64,000 nucleotides of DNA from an uncultured bacterium (GTDB lineage Bacteria > Bacillota_I > Bacilli_A > RFN20 > CAG-826), in assembly GCA_949283025.1 (NCBI GenBank), contig CASDRB010000012.1:197384-261383 (forward strand), given 5' to 3'. This document shows positions 40,418-51,341 of this stretch, one piece after another. The notes under the pieces were generated by a model. It worked only from the letters and a program-made list of their open reading frames with translations, made no database searches and had not been told where the DNA came from. The position numbers and the translations under genes were made by a program. How positions within the stretch are numbered: position 1 is the first letter of the stretch; the number at the start of each line of letters is the position of its first letter.

Positions 40418-41590
40418 TTAATTATTAATAGCGTCATTTATAGCAAGACAAGTTAGCAGGCACCACTTCATATTATATCCACCACAAAGACCATCTATAT
40501 TTAATATTTCGCCTGCAAAAAACACATTTTTTTCATGTTTTGAGATGAATTGATCATCAACTTCATCTAAAGACACGCCACCAATAGAAACTTGTGAATC
40601 TTTAAAATCATATAAACTATCGAATGTGAATTTTAAATCATTTAAAGAACTGCACAACTTGACAATATCATTATTTGTTAAGTTAATTTTTGGTTTTATG
40701 TTATTTATTTTATAAATGTAGTCCGCTATTGGTTGGCCAACATAACAAAGCAAGGGATTATCCACTACTTTGTTAATATCAATTAATTCTTGTAGATCAA
40801 CACTAGGCAACAATGATAGATGAAAAGAAACATCTTTTTTATAATTGTTTCTAGCAATTATAGAAGCAATATCCATCATTACGATGCCAGATAAACCATC
40901 CTTTTTAAAATTAATCTCGCCCTGTTCTTGATAAACACACTTTCCATCAACTATCAACTTGACATTAGCCTTCATTCTTTGGCCAAATAAAGATTTAATA
41001 TTTTCTTTGACTTTGATTGGGCATAACCCAGCTTTAAAATCATAAAATTTATAACCATGTTGTTTTATCACGTCGATAAAATTGCCATCGCTACCTAGAT
41101 TAGGGGAAGATTTCCCACCTACTGCTATAATTAATTTATCAACTGCATAAACTCCTTTATTAGTTAATATAGTAATATTTTTATCATTGATTTTATAATC
41201 CAAAACACCCGTTTCTAAATGAATGATTACTTTATTTAAAAATAGTTGTTGTTTTAATATTTCTACAACATTATTTGCAGATTCACTAATCGGATATAAT
41301 CCTTCCTTATTCAATATTTTAGTTGGTATGCCTAAATCATTTAATGTTTGAATTTGAATATTTAAAGGATATTTTTTGATTAATTTTTCAACGATTAAAG
41401 GATTATTAAATTTATCAGGATTATCATCAATGGTATTAATGTTGCATTTGCCATTTCCAGTCGCTTTAGTTTTTTTAGCAATTTGATCATTTTTTTCAAA
41501 GATTAAAACATCGTTATTTTTATTTTTTTGTTTAATTAATAACGCTAATAAAACGCTTGAGTAGCCACCACCAATGATTCCGATTTTCAT
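40418..41590 (-). CDS. HI0933/BaiN-like flavoprotein
   Basis: IGGG, ATGNGKCN, GGKSSPNLGSDG, GGV, FAGEILNIDGLCGGYN. Confidence 0.88.
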   Translation of the reverse strand: MKIGIIGGGYSSVLLALLIKQKNKNNDVLIFEKNDQIAKKTKATGNGKCNINTIDDNPDKFNNPLIVEKLIKKYPLNIQIQTLNDLGIPTKILNKEGLYPISESANNVVEILKQQLFLNKVIIHLETGVLDYKINDKNITILTNKGVYAVDKLIIAVGGKSSPNLGSDGNFIDVIKQHGYKFYDFKAGLCPIKVKENIKSLFGQRMKANVKLIVDGKCVYQEQGEINFKKDGLSGIVMMDIASIIARNNYKKDVSFHLSLLPSVDLQELIDINKVVDNPLLCYVGQPIADYIYKINNIKPKINLTNNDIVKLCSSLNDLKFTFDSLYDFKDSQVSIGGVSLDEVDDQFISKHEKNVFFAGEILNIDGLCGGYNMKWCLLTCLAINDAINN

Positions 41591-41605
41591 ATTTAAAATT
41601 ACTTT

Positions 41606-43882
41606 TTAATCTATATTTGCATACAAAGTTTTTGATGTTTCACAAAGAAGATCGCTTGCCTCTAAATATCCACCAATCCAAACAAAAAGCCAAGTTCCCT
41701 TATATATGCTTGTCGTAACTATTGTATAGTCATAGTTTTTATAGTTGCTGGCGCTAATTGAAAGGAGCCCATCATACAAATATATATTTTCTACACATGC
41801 AGTGCCACTTCCTTTTTCGTATCTATATTTGTAATAAAATCCTTTGCGTATTATAACACTTAATGCACTACCATTCCCCATAGTTGCTAACAACTGATAA
41901 TTCCCACCGCTTGTTTCTGATTCGTACACATATTTTGTTGATCCGCCATTTCCAGAATTTCCTGCACTTAGGAACCTCATTTCAATTCCTTCACCTGGTT
42001 CGATAGTGACATCTATGTTTCCTAACATAATATACATTTGATTGCTAGCAAAAGTATAATTCGAACCTTCTTGCATTGAAAAGTAAGTTCTTTCGGCTCT
42101 TGATGATGATTCGATTTTTATTTGTTGACCAATTTCAATCATAAACTCTTTAGATATACTTTCTAAACCATTTTCTGTGGTTAATAATACTTCGTTGTTG
42201 CCACTGGAGTCATAAGACCAGACTCTATATCCAACAGTAGGATGTTCATAATTAAATTTATTATCGATAATAATTCTTAATATATATGATGATAAGTATC
42301 CATTGGCCCAACATTTTAATCCATTAGAATTTGAATAAATGGTTTCGCCTGCTTTTAATAAGTAATTTTGATATTCATTTAATGTTGAATTAAAAAACGG
42401 TCCCGATGCACTAATGTTCACATTTACATTCGTGGTTCCTTCATTGGATGAAACTCTTAAATTACTTTGTTTTATATTAGTTAGATCAATTTTAGCACTT
42501 CCATCTAAATTCTCAGTTGTGACATAGCCACCAAATGATCCAGAACTAGAAACTATTATCGTTCCATTATTAATTAATTTTGCATCACCTCTATCAATAG
42601 GATAAGATGTGATTCCATTAGTTGAATCTGTTTCATAAATAATAAATTTATTTAAAATGTTAGCTGTAGAACTATTTGAAATTGTCAAAGAAGATCCGCC
42701 CATAAATTTCACCTGATAATTGAAATTGAATTCAGTGTTGCCTTCTAATCTAATATCTAATTTGTATGAAATTGGTAAAAAATAATATGAAGTATTAATT
42801 TCTGCTAATTCTAGGTCAAAATACAAATATCCCATATTAACGAGTCCGTTTATAGCAATATAAGTTTTTGAATTATCGGCATTCGTATAATCAGGATTAA
42901 TTGGACAGTATTCAAAAGAAATACTCCCAGATTCAAGAAAAAATAAAGGTTTCGAACCACTTTCATTAACTTTTTGCTGGCTTGAAATGATACAGCCAGT
43001 AACATCAACTGGTCTTGACATAATAGATGTGGATAGGTATGCTCTACATTGAACATCAAATACACCTCCAGATTCTATTTGCAAATATGTTTGAGTGTTA
43101 TAAAAATCAAAAACATTTACAGGACAAACATTATTGTTAATCAATTCATTAATAGCACTTATGCCAGGCATATCGTAAATACCAATTGGTGTTCTTAGAT
43201 AACCAGTAGATGTAATTTTTAAATATCTATTTGAATCGAATTCGTTAGAATAACTAGGATTTTCTACATTATCGACATTTTTATTATTTATTTCTTTTAT
43301 ATATCCATAATTATATAGCGAACCATTTACAGTAATTGAAGAATTTTCATCTAGTGATACTTCAGCATAATAACTGCAAATTCCTTTTGTTCTAAATTGA
43401 CCGCCAATATACATATATCCATTTACAATCAAATTAGTATTTATTAATTTTAATTGACTTCTTCTATATGTGTTTACACCAGCCGAACTAGTATCAATAA
43501 ATAAATCTTTCAAAGAAGCGACGTCGGTATTATTCCAATTTTTGAGTTCATCATAAGGTAAATATAAACTTGTATTGTCTCCAACAATTAACGTCTTATT
43601 TTCTTCAGTAAGAAAACTTCCAGAAAGTAAATAAACATCAACATTTTGAGAAGATTGTGAAGCAGAGATTAAAGCGCTCTCCAAGTTTGCAAATCTTGCA
43701 TATGGAGAACTAGTGCCTTGATAATAATTTTCAACAATAGCTTTTGAATTTTTATCAATTATCGCAGGAGCAGTTTCTTCATTATTATTTTTAGAATCAT
43801 ATTGAACAATTAAAAAAGAAGATAAACTTATTGAAAATATGCCACCAAATAAAATTAAAGAAGATAGTACACTTTTTTTCAT
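41606..43882 (-). CDS. Large secreted Ser/Asn-rich protein with SipW-like leader (cluster 3)
   Basis: Leader ends SLSSF; beta-rich; no recognised enzyme motif. Confidence 0.5.
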   Translation of the reverse strand: MKKSVLSSLILFGGIFSISLSSFLIVQYDSKNNNEETAPAIIDKNSKAIVENYYQGTSSPYARFANLESALISASQSSQNVDVYLLSGSFLTEENKTLIVGDNTSLYLPYDELKNWNNTDVASLKDLFIDTSSAGVNTYRRSQLKLINTNLIVNGYMYIGGQFRTKGICSYYAEVSLDENSSITVNGSLYNYGYIKEINNKNVDNVENPSYSNEFDSNRYLKITSTGYLRTPIGIYDMPGISAINELINNNVCPVNVFDFYNTQTYLQIESGGVFDVQCRAYLSTSIMSRPVDVTGCIISSQQKVNESGSKPLFFLESGSISFEYCPINPDYTNADNSKTYIAINGLVNMGYLYFDLELAEINTSYYFLPISYKLDIRLEGNTEFNFNYQVKFMGGSSLTISNSSTANILNKFIIYETDSTNGITSYPIDRGDAKLINNGTIIVSSSGSFGGYVTTENLDGSAKIDLTNIKQSNLRVSSNEGTTNVNVNISASGPFFNSTLNEYQNYLLKAGETIYSNSNGLKCWANGYLSSYILRIIIDNKFNYEHPTVGYRVWSYDSSGNNEVLLTTENGLESISKEFMIEIGQQIKIESSSRAERTYFSMQEGSNYTFASNQMYIMLGNIDVTIEPGEGIEMRFLSAGNSGNGGSTKYVYESETSGGNYQLLATMGNGSALSVIIRKGFYYKYRYEKGSGTACVENIYLYDGLLSISASNYKNYDYTIVTTSIYKGTWLFVWIGGYLEASDLLCETSKTLYANID

Positions 43883-43884
43883 AA

Positions 43885-44505
43885 TTAACCTAAATTTACA
43901 GCTGTTATTTTCAAATCAAAATGTGAAATTTCACTATTATTGGCAGCAGAAGAAAAACTATTGTAAATTTGTGAAAAAGAAGTATGGTCAAGAATAGTAA
44001 AAGTGAAACCTACTTCAATATTTGTAACATTTTCCGTAGATAATTCAATTGCTATTTCATCACTAAACAAATAATAATTTGAGACAGTCAAATTATGCAC
44101 ATTATTTTTATTTATTTCTAAAGTATGTGAAAAGTATTCATTAATAAATTTTCCATTTATTTCAGCTAGATTAAAAGTTAATTTGATAGAATTATTCAAA
44201 ACATAATTTGTGCTTTCAGCCACCTGTCTATTAATATCAATATAATAAATTAATCTACCAGTATCAGTAATTTGTCCATCTTCAATAAAACCATCTTGGC
44301 AAATTGTAAAAGTTTTAAATCCTAGAGGATGACTATCGTTTTTATTAAGTGTTATAAATGAATGAACTCCAGCAAAATTAAAACTATTATCCTTAATTTC
44401 TCCAGAAAAACTATCTCCAGTAACTGAGAATGAGGAAAATCCTAATGAAAAAAGGCAAATGGGCATAATAACACTAAATATAGATAATAATGATTTTCTT
44501 TTCAT
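43885..44505 (-). CDS. Secreted protein with SipW-type leader (cluster 3 small subunit)
   Basis: Leader ends LGFSSF; about 200 aa, beta-rich, C-terminal strand FDLKITAV. Confidence 0.5.
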   Translation of the reverse strand: MKRKSLLSIFSVIMPICLFSLGFSSFSVTGDSFSGEIKDNSFNFAGVHSFITLNKNDSHPLGFKTFTICQDGFIEDGQITDTGRLIYYIDINRQVAESTNYVLNNSIKLTFNLAEINGKFINEYFSHTLEINKNNVHNLTVSNYYLFSDEIAIELSTENVTNIEVGFTFTILDHTSFSQIYNSFSSAANNSEISHFDLKITAVNLG

Positions 44506-44607
44506 AAGTTTATGTTACATTTTGTGCATTTATATGTCAATTTTCAACTTTGATATATTAAATTGATTAATACTATAAACAAATAATTAACAATAATATT
44601 ATAAATA

Positions 44608-45405
44608 TTACCCTTGATATGTAGTCCATGTTCCACTGACGCCTGGGTCTCCCCATATAGCGCTTGAATCAACAATTGAATACATGTTATTAGTGCCCAT
44701 ATCTGCAATAGATAAATCAACAGTCTTAGCGTCCAAATAAGCAAGTTCACCATCACCATTAACTCTAACAAAGATAAGACTATCGTATTTTGCAATATCT
44801 AACTCAAATGACCAATAATTAAATTTGCCTGTTTCATCATATTTAATATGTGTCATTCTTTCGCCCGGCCATTCTGCGTTTTTAACATCGTCTTGAGAAT
44901 TCCAAGCATAGACTGCTGTTCCAGCAGCAGTTTCATTCCACCAAGAAGCGTCTTGGAAATAAATAGTAGTCAACTCTGGATCTGGATCAGGTTCTGGATC
45001 TGGAGTGACATTTCCACCATCACCAACATAAGTGAAAAATGCATATAAAATTAATCCGCTTTGTTCTGGAACTTTAGTATAAATAGTGGGTTTGCCATCA
45101 CCTTCATAAGCAATCCATGATGTAAATTCAACATCTTTTACACTTGATGTAATTTCATTTTTATTTGGCAAATCAGTTTTAGCGTCACCATAAAACGGAA
45201 TGCAATTTTCTAAATGTAATTCTTCGATATTTTGACCTTTTTGATTGTTATAAAGACCATTTTTAGTAAGTACTAAATATGTGACAAATTCATTGGAAGC
45301 ATTTTCGACTTGATTAACTTGTTCATTGATAATTTGTTTATTCGAACATGCACCAAGAAGAAACAAAGGAACGATCAATAATATTTTTTTAATAATGTTT
45401 TTCAT
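44608..45405 (-). CDS. Starch-binding lipoprotein (CBM26-like C-terminus)
   Basis: Lipobox LGAC; PDPEPDPDPE linker; TIYF..WW..VYAW..WPGERMT. Confidence 0.7.
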   Translation of the reverse strand: MKNIIKKILLIVPLFLLGACSNKQIINEQVNQVENASNEFVTYLVLTKNGLYNNQKGQNIEELHLENCIPFYGDAKTDLPNKNEITSSVKDVEFTSWIAYEGDGKPTIYTKVPEQSGLILYAFFTYVGDGGNVTPDPEPDPDPELTTIYFQDASWWNETAAGTAVYAWNSQDDVKNAEWPGERMTHIKYDETGKFNYWSFELDIAKYDSLIFVRVNGDGELAYLDAKTVDLSIADMGTNNMYSIVDSSAIWGDPGVSGTWTTYQG

Positions 45406-45416
45406 ATTTGTTCCTC

Positions 45417-47858
45417 CTATTTAGCAACAATGACACCATAAGGCGGCAATGTTCCATTATCTGAAGCTCCATTTAAAGCATAAATATCAGTTTTACCACT
45501 GACATTGACATTAACACTTATGTTAGATTTACCTGTGTTGATATAAATATAAAACGTTCCATTATCTGAAGCCACAACAAAATGATAGATATCATTGTTA
45601 CCTTCATACGAATATGCATCATATTTAGCATTAGAACCATACATCTTTTTAATTTCAATTAATTGCTTATAATAATCTAACATGTCACCGTCATTATCAG
45701 ATTCACTTTGTTGAGCGGCAGATTTTAAAGTTTTATTATAAGAATCCCATTCAACTTTATAAGAGCCAAAAGTATAATCGACAGTTGTTTCGTCTCCCCA
45801 ATTAAATGGTTGACGATACCATAAATCTTCATTGTTTTCATTTCCGTATTTATTAATATGTTGGTCGGTATTAGAAGACATGCCTAATTCATCACCATAA
45901 TAAATCCAAGAAATGCCCGGGGTCAAAATAGTTGAAGCTGCTCCAACTCTAGCTTGGCCAACTTGCAAAGCGGTTCCAGTTATATGGTCGGTATTCGACA
46001 TTTGATTAATCAATCTCATTGTATCGTGATTAGAAGTGAAAGCGGAGTTGATAAAATCGCTTCGCTTGCCACCTTCTACCCTAACGCCAGTATCACCTAA
46101 AGTGGCGTTGCTATTAGAAGCAAATCGATCGTAAGTTTCTCCAGCATGATTTTGAGCCATATAGACAGCTCCTTTATCATATAACCATTCGCGGTTGTGA
46201 TAATATAAAGCAAAGTCAAATTGGCTATCAAGAGCTTGATAATATGGAGCGATTCTTGTTCCCCATCCATCAAAGTTTTCACCAACTAAAAAACAATCTG
46301 GGAAAATATATTTAATTCGATTGGCAAATTCTTTCCAAAAATTGACATTTTTAGTCAAATCGCTCGAATAATCAAATGAGGTGGTAACTTCCTCCATTTT
46401 TTCTTCATCGTAATATGTTTTTTCACCATAATCTTCAATAATTATGTCATTGCCTGTGGATTCAACTTCATCTTTCATATAGATATGTTTGACGGCATCT
46501 AGTCTAAATCCATCTAAACCAAATCCCATCCAATATAAAGCCATATTGATAATTAAATCGCGAGTGGCTTGACAATCATAATTTAATTCCGCCATATTGG
46601 AGCCAAATTTGCCGTAGTAATAATAATTTGATTCACCATCTTTATACCAATCTGGGTGATTTTCAACATTGATTAATTTATATGAACCATTTTCATAATA
46701 TTGGACCTTGTCGCCTTTAAATTTCCAATGGTACATATTTCGATAATCAATTTCATTTCCAAATTCGTCGACACCTTTTTCAGCGCGTTGTGATTTTTTA
46801 AACCACACATTATTTTTAGAAGTGTGATTAATAACTAAGTCCATCAAAACTTTCATTCCTTTTTGATGAGCTTTATAAATTAATTCGCGATAGTCTTCAA
46901 TCGTGCCAAACTTAGAATCAACCGCATAAAAATCAGTTATATCATATCCATGGTATGACTCAGAGGCTTGAATTGGTGTCAACCATAAAACTTGAACCCC
47001 TAATTCAGCTAAATAATCTAAAGAATTAATAACGCCTCTTAAATCTCCCATTCCGTCGCCGTCACTATCTTTAAATGAGGCGACAAATATTTGATATCCA
47101 ACTCCTAAAGAAGAAAAGGATTGGGATGTTTTTGAAACACCGTAGTTTGAAGATGACGAATCGACATCATATTGACTACGATAATTACCTGTATCATCAT
47201 TGACAACTGGGTTTTCAATAATATCGTCGCTATATTGGAAAGTAAACCCACCGACATTACCTTGAACACAATAAATATGCACATAGCCTTTTTCGGCTAA
47301 ATGTTTATCAAAATCTTGAATGTAAGTATTGGCTCCACCATCACTAGTCCAATGCGAACCACCATCCATAGAGTTTTGATTAATTATTAAAAATCCTAAA
47401 CGTGTAGCATTAATTAAACTGACAGAAGTTCCGGTTTTTCCGCCTTTTAAATCAGTTCTTGTCATGTCTATATCCATGACGCGCCCACTTTGATCAATAT
47501 TTGCACCGCTGCCACCAATGTCGCTCATCCACGATGTCGACATTTCATAAAAAATATTTTGAACTGAGGGATTAGATGCTCCCCAAAGAGTTCCTTCAGA
47601 ATCAATCGGAGCATTTTGCCAAAGCCAAATCGCCCAATCATTATATTCGTTAGCGCTTGCTTTTGGTCTTAAATAATGAATGTAGAGATGCCCTTGTTCA
47701 GACCAAGATTCAACCCAATCATCATAATTACCTTGAATAGACGTAGTTACATCGCTTTCCGAAGTTTGACTTGATGGCAAACTTGAAGTAGTAGGATTGC
47801 AAGACGATAAAATCAAAGAAGCTAATAAAACCCCTATTTTTAAAACATTATTTTTCAT
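45417..47858 (-). CDS. Lipoprotein alpha-amylase, GH13, with N-terminal CBM41-like domain
   Basis: Lipobox LSSC; IHYLR..Y.DW.IWLW; SYHGYD, DLVINHTS, GFRLDAVKH, GEN, SNHD. Confidence 0.85.
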   Translation of the reverse strand: MKNNVLKIGVLLASLILSSCNPTTSSLPSSQTSESDVTTSIQGNYDDWVESWSEQGHLYIHYLRPKASANEYNDWAIWLWQNAPIDSEGTLWGASNPSVQNIFYEMSTSWMSDIGGSGANIDQSGRVMDIDMTRTDLKGGKTGTSVSLINATRLGFLIINQNSMDGGSHWTSDGGANTYIQDFDKHLAEKGYVHIYCVQGNVGGFTFQYSDDIIENPVVNDDTGNYRSQYDVDSSSSNYGVSKTSQSFSSLGVGYQIFVASFKDSDGDGMGDLRGVINSLDYLAELGVQVLWLTPIQASESYHGYDITDFYAVDSKFGTIEDYRELIYKAHQKGMKVLMDLVINHTSKNNVWFKKSQRAEKGVDEFGNEIDYRNMYHWKFKGDKVQYYENGSYKLINVENHPDWYKDGESNYYYYGKFGSNMAELNYDCQATRDLIINMALYWMGFGLDGFRLDAVKHIYMKDEVESTGNDIIIEDYGEKTYYDEEKMEEVTTSFDYSSDLTKNVNFWKEFANRIKYIFPDCFLVGENFDGWGTRIAPYYQALDSQFDFALYYHNREWLYDKGAVYMAQNHAGETYDRFASNSNATLGDTGVRVEGGKRSDFINSAFTSNHDTMRLINQMSNTDHITGTALQVGQARVGAASTILTPGISWIYYGDELGMSSNTDQHINKYGNENNEDLWYRQPFNWGDETTVDYTFGSYKVEWDSYNKTLKSAAQQSESDNDGDMLDYYKQLIEIKKMYGSNAKYDAYSYEGNNDIYHFVVASDNGTFYIYINTGKSNISVNVNVSGKTDIYALNGASDNGTLPPYGVIVAK

Positions 47859-47873
47859 AAATTACCTCTTAAT

Positions 47874-48248
47874 CTAAGCATCCCAAATCGCATACAACTC
47901 AAAAGGCGTCTCGGGAGTTGCGGTTTGAGGAATAACATCATTTTCAAAGTCCCATAAATCGTTTTTGTCTAAAACAAATTTTAATGTAGACCAGCCAATA
48001 AAGGTAGTAAACGAAGGATCTGGGGATTCGACTTCAGTTGGATATTTAGTAATCTTTTCACCTGCATACGCAAAGGTGGTATAAATCGGCAAGGTCTCCT
48101 CACTGATAGCACCAAAATTATAAAAATTAATCGTGATTGCATTAGGATCATCAAAAGATGTAGAAGTTGTTGAAGAAGATGAATTACTTGTTGGCTTGCA
48201 ACCAACTAAAGCTATAACTGCTAATAACAAACATGCTGCTTTTTTCAT
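47874..48248 (-). CDS. Small lipoprotein with InlB-B-repeat-like domain
   Basis: Lipobox LVGC; Ser/Thr linker; FIGWS...WDF...LYAIW. Confidence 0.6.
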   Translation of the reverse strand: MKKAACLLLAVIALVGCKPTSNSSSSTTSTSFDDPNAITINFYNFGAISEETLPIYTTFAYAGEKITKYPTEVESPDPSFTTFIGWSTLKFVLDKNDLWDFENDVIPQTATPETPFELYAIWDA

Positions 48249-48259
48249 TTTGTTTTCTC

Positions 48260-51232
48260 CTAACTTTTGAAAATGACAAATTGGCCAGGTCCTAAAGTAA
48301 TTTTGCCATCGCCAATAGAAATGCCATTATCTTCACCTTTAGTGTTGTAATACAAAGTTTTAGTTCCAGCTTCATCCCAAGAGATAGTTCCACCGACTCT
48401 ACCACTTAAAAATAACCAATAAGTAGTTGTGGCAGTACCAAACCAAACACCGATAACAGTGGCATTATATGTTGAATCGTTTTCACCATTTCCCCAAGTT
48501 GAGGTCTTAGTGACATTATCATCATAACCGCAGCGAGTTTCCATCATTTCGTTGCGAATCTTGAATATATTTGCAAATTCTTTTGAATATTCTAACATGT
48601 CAATTTTTTCGCCTTGGTATTCAATAGATATTTTTCTATCCCATTTAAACGAATTGCATTCATCAGAACTCATATAAGAATTATGAGTAATTACTTTGTC
48701 AAACATTCTAACTGCTGGACCGCATTTTGGCGCGGTTAAATCACCGTCGACCCAAGATGGCAAATCAGGATATGGAATTACATCTGGATTATCTTCAATT
48801 TTGGTTCTAAATAATTCTTCTCCGCCTTGAATAAAAGAAATACCCAAAGACATTGCTACTGCCGCATGAGCCGCCACTGAAGCGGCCGCTACAACTTCTG
48901 GATTTGGTTCTTTAGAAGCGGGTGGATTTTCTCCTGGATCATCTGCTAATGTGTAGTTTAATTGATCCCACAATGTGTAATTATCATGGCAAGAAACATA
49001 ATTAACTGTTTGATATGGATTAGCACCAACACCAGTATGAATACCTCTTATCATGTCCCCAACTTTTTGTCCTTTATCACCGACATCAGTTGCTCCTTGC
49101 GCCATGAAGCCCCAACCTGGATATGGATTATTAGTGCCATAACCTTGGTCGTTGCCACCTCTCATCGCGTTTCTTCCACCATCAGAAAAACCACCTAAAA
49201 TACCTGGGCTGTCAGTCGTTGGATACAATTTAGAATAAACATTGCTAGTCCACGCGCCATTATCAGCTGGACCAGAATATCCTAAAGACCAACCTTCGCC
49301 ATAACAAACGATGTCTGGATCGATTTTATATAATTCGTCTTTAACTTTGCGCATGGTATCGACATCTAAAAGACCCATTAAATCAAATCTAAACCCTTTG
49401 ATTTTATATTCGCTTGCCCACCATTTGACTGAATCGACAATGTATTTAGACATCATTGTAGCTTCACTTTTTACTTCATTGCCACATCCAGCACCATCAG
49501 TATAAAAGCCATTTTCATCAGTTCTAAAATAATAATAAGGCATAATTTTTGTAAATATTGATTGAGTAACCGACGCTACATGATTATAAACCACATCCAT
49601 GATAACTCTAGTGTGATTATCATTATTCGCATAAGCTTGAATTAATTGTTTAAATTCTTTGACTCTAACCTCGCCATGATATGGATCGCTAGAATATCCA
49701 CCTTCAACAACATTGTAATTTAAAGGATTATATCCCCAGTTAAAACTCATGTTTATTTCATCATTTGAATGATCAAAAACAGGTAAAATTTGAATGGCAT
49801 TAACTCCTAATTCTTCAATATGATCAAAACCTGTTTTAACTGTGATTCCGTTTTCTGAATAAGTTGTTCCAGATTCATAAAAAGCTTGAAAAGTACCTGG
49901 AGTAGATGTTCCATTCCAAGTATCATCCATCGTCAAATCACGAATATGAATTTCATAAACCGATAAATCGGTTGGATGCTTGATATCATAACCTTCAACA
50001 CCATCCCATACTTGCGGAATTTCATCCCAACCATCTGGATCAGTAGTGTCAAAATCTAATATCATTCCTCTTTCGCCATTGACTCCCGCTGCTTTAGCAT
50101 AAGGGTCAACCACTTCATTTGCACCGGCACTATTATAAACATAATATGTATAATACTTGCCATGTAAATCACCATCGACAATAGCAGAATAAACGCCGCC
50201 AGGCATATATGACATACGATATACTTGATATTCATAAGCAGCCATATCAACATCTATAGAAGAATAGCGATTTGAGTTGCCAACACTATAAATGCGCAGC
50301 TCCACTCTTGCTGCAGTTGGAGCCCACAATTTAAATGAAGTTTTTTCTTTGCTATAAACTGCACCTAAATCGTTACCAGAATATGTGTAATAAGTTTCAA
50401 AGCGTTGATCATCATATAATTTTTCCCAACCAATTGATGATGTTCTACTTTTTTCATAATTTGTAAATTGAACTTCTATTTCATAAACGACATTAGTGGG
50501 CATCGTGTATGGGAACTTAATTTCAATTGAATTGGAAACATTGTCTCCTTCACCGCGCCCTATTTCGTATTGATGGCGATATAATTCCCGATTAGATGCA
50601 CTTAAAGAATAATATTTAGAATCTAATGCATATAGTTTATACGATCTAATTGGCCCAGTACCTTTAACTTGGACAGTTTTCCAATCGACAAATTGAGCCG
50701 ATTCGATTTTATCAAAAACTGTCTCTTCAGGAGAGCCGTAAACCTCAACGGTATTTCTACTTCCGTATACGCTATATAAATTCATCACTCCATCGACAAT
50801 GCTAAAATCTTCATACTTTACGAGCGTGTCAAGAGATTGACCAACCCAAGTATTTCTTGTTTTTATAATAAAATAAAAACGATCGTGCTGTGGCCAGCCC
50901 ATTTGTCGAGGTTTAAATTCAATATACATTCCAAAATCATTGACACCAGTTTTTTCATACTCGGTTCCGTTAACACCGTCAGTCCAAATATAAAAGCATT
51001 TGTCATCATATGTTCCTTCATCGAGTTTAAAATTAAGTATAACAGTGTTTGGAATAGCGATTGCGCTATAAACTTTTTCTTGTTCTTGCCCAATATATTC
51101 ACCTGTCGGATCGTTTTCAAAAAGTGCAGACGCATCTTTTTCAAATTCAATCGTTTTCGATGGATTAGCGTCATTAATGACACCAACGAGCAAAGCACAT
51201 GATAATAAAAACGCCAGTTTAGCAATTTTCAT
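48260..51232 (-). CDS. pulA: Secreted type I pullulanase, GH13
   Basis: FKLWAPTA, DPYAKA, YEIHIRD, NWGYNP, DVVYNH, GFRFDLMG, YGEGW, YVSCHDN; signal peptide; SD ggagg. Confidence 0.9.
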   Translation of the reverse strand: MKIAKLAFLLSCALLVGVINDANPSKTIEFEKDASALFENDPTGEYIGQEQEKVYSAIAIPNTVILNFKLDEGTYDDKCFYIWTDGVNGTEYEKTGVNDFGMYIEFKPRQMGWPQHDRFYFIIKTRNTWVGQSLDTLVKYEDFSIVDGVMNLYSVYGSRNTVEVYGSPEETVFDKIESAQFVDWKTVQVKGTGPIRSYKLYALDSKYYSLSASNRELYRHQYEIGRGEGDNVSNSIEIKFPYTMPTNVVYEIEVQFTNYEKSRTSSIGWEKLYDDQRFETYYTYSGNDLGAVYSKEKTSFKLWAPTAARVELRIYSVGNSNRYSSIDVDMAAYEYQVYRMSYMPGGVYSAIVDGDLHGKYYTYYVYNSAGANEVVDPYAKAAGVNGERGMILDFDTTDPDGWDEIPQVWDGVEGYDIKHPTDLSVYEIHIRDLTMDDTWNGTSTPGTFQAFYESGTTYSENGITVKTGFDHIEELGVNAIQILPVFDHSNDEINMSFNWGYNPLNYNVVEGGYSSDPYHGEVRVKEFKQLIQAYANNDNHTRVIMDVVYNHVASVTQSIFTKIMPYYYFRTDENGFYTDGAGCGNEVKSEATMMSKYIVDSVKWWASEYKIKGFRFDLMGLLDVDTMRKVKDELYKIDPDIVCYGEGWSLGYSGPADNGAWTSNVYSKLYPTTDSPGILGGFSDGGRNAMRGGNDQGYGTNNPYPGWGFMAQGATDVGDKGQKVGDMIRGIHTGVGANPYQTVNYVSCHDNYTLWDQLNYTLADDPGENPPASKEPNPEVVAAASVAAHAAVAMSLGISFIQGGEELFRTKIEDNPDVIPYPDLPSWVDGDLTAPKCGPAVRMFDKVITHNSYMSSDECNSFKWDRKISIEYQGEKIDMLEYSKEFANIFKIRNEMMETRCGYDDNVTKTSTWGNGENDSTYNATVIGVWFGTATTTYWLFLSGRVGGTISWDEAGTKTLYYNTKGEDNGISIGDGKITLGPGQFVIFKS

Positions 51233-51304
51233 ATCAAAACCTCCATATAAAACCATTATATTTTATCATAAAAAACAAATATTGTTTATATAAGTTTACT
51301 TTTA

Positions 51305-51333
51305 TAAAAAATGCGCGTTTTGTACGCGCATTT
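51305..51333 (-). terminator. Intrinsic terminator after nuclease gene
   Basis: aaatgcgcgt-tttgt-acgcgcattt with A-run on the left. Confidence 0.75.
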
Positions 51334-51341
51334 AATATCAA

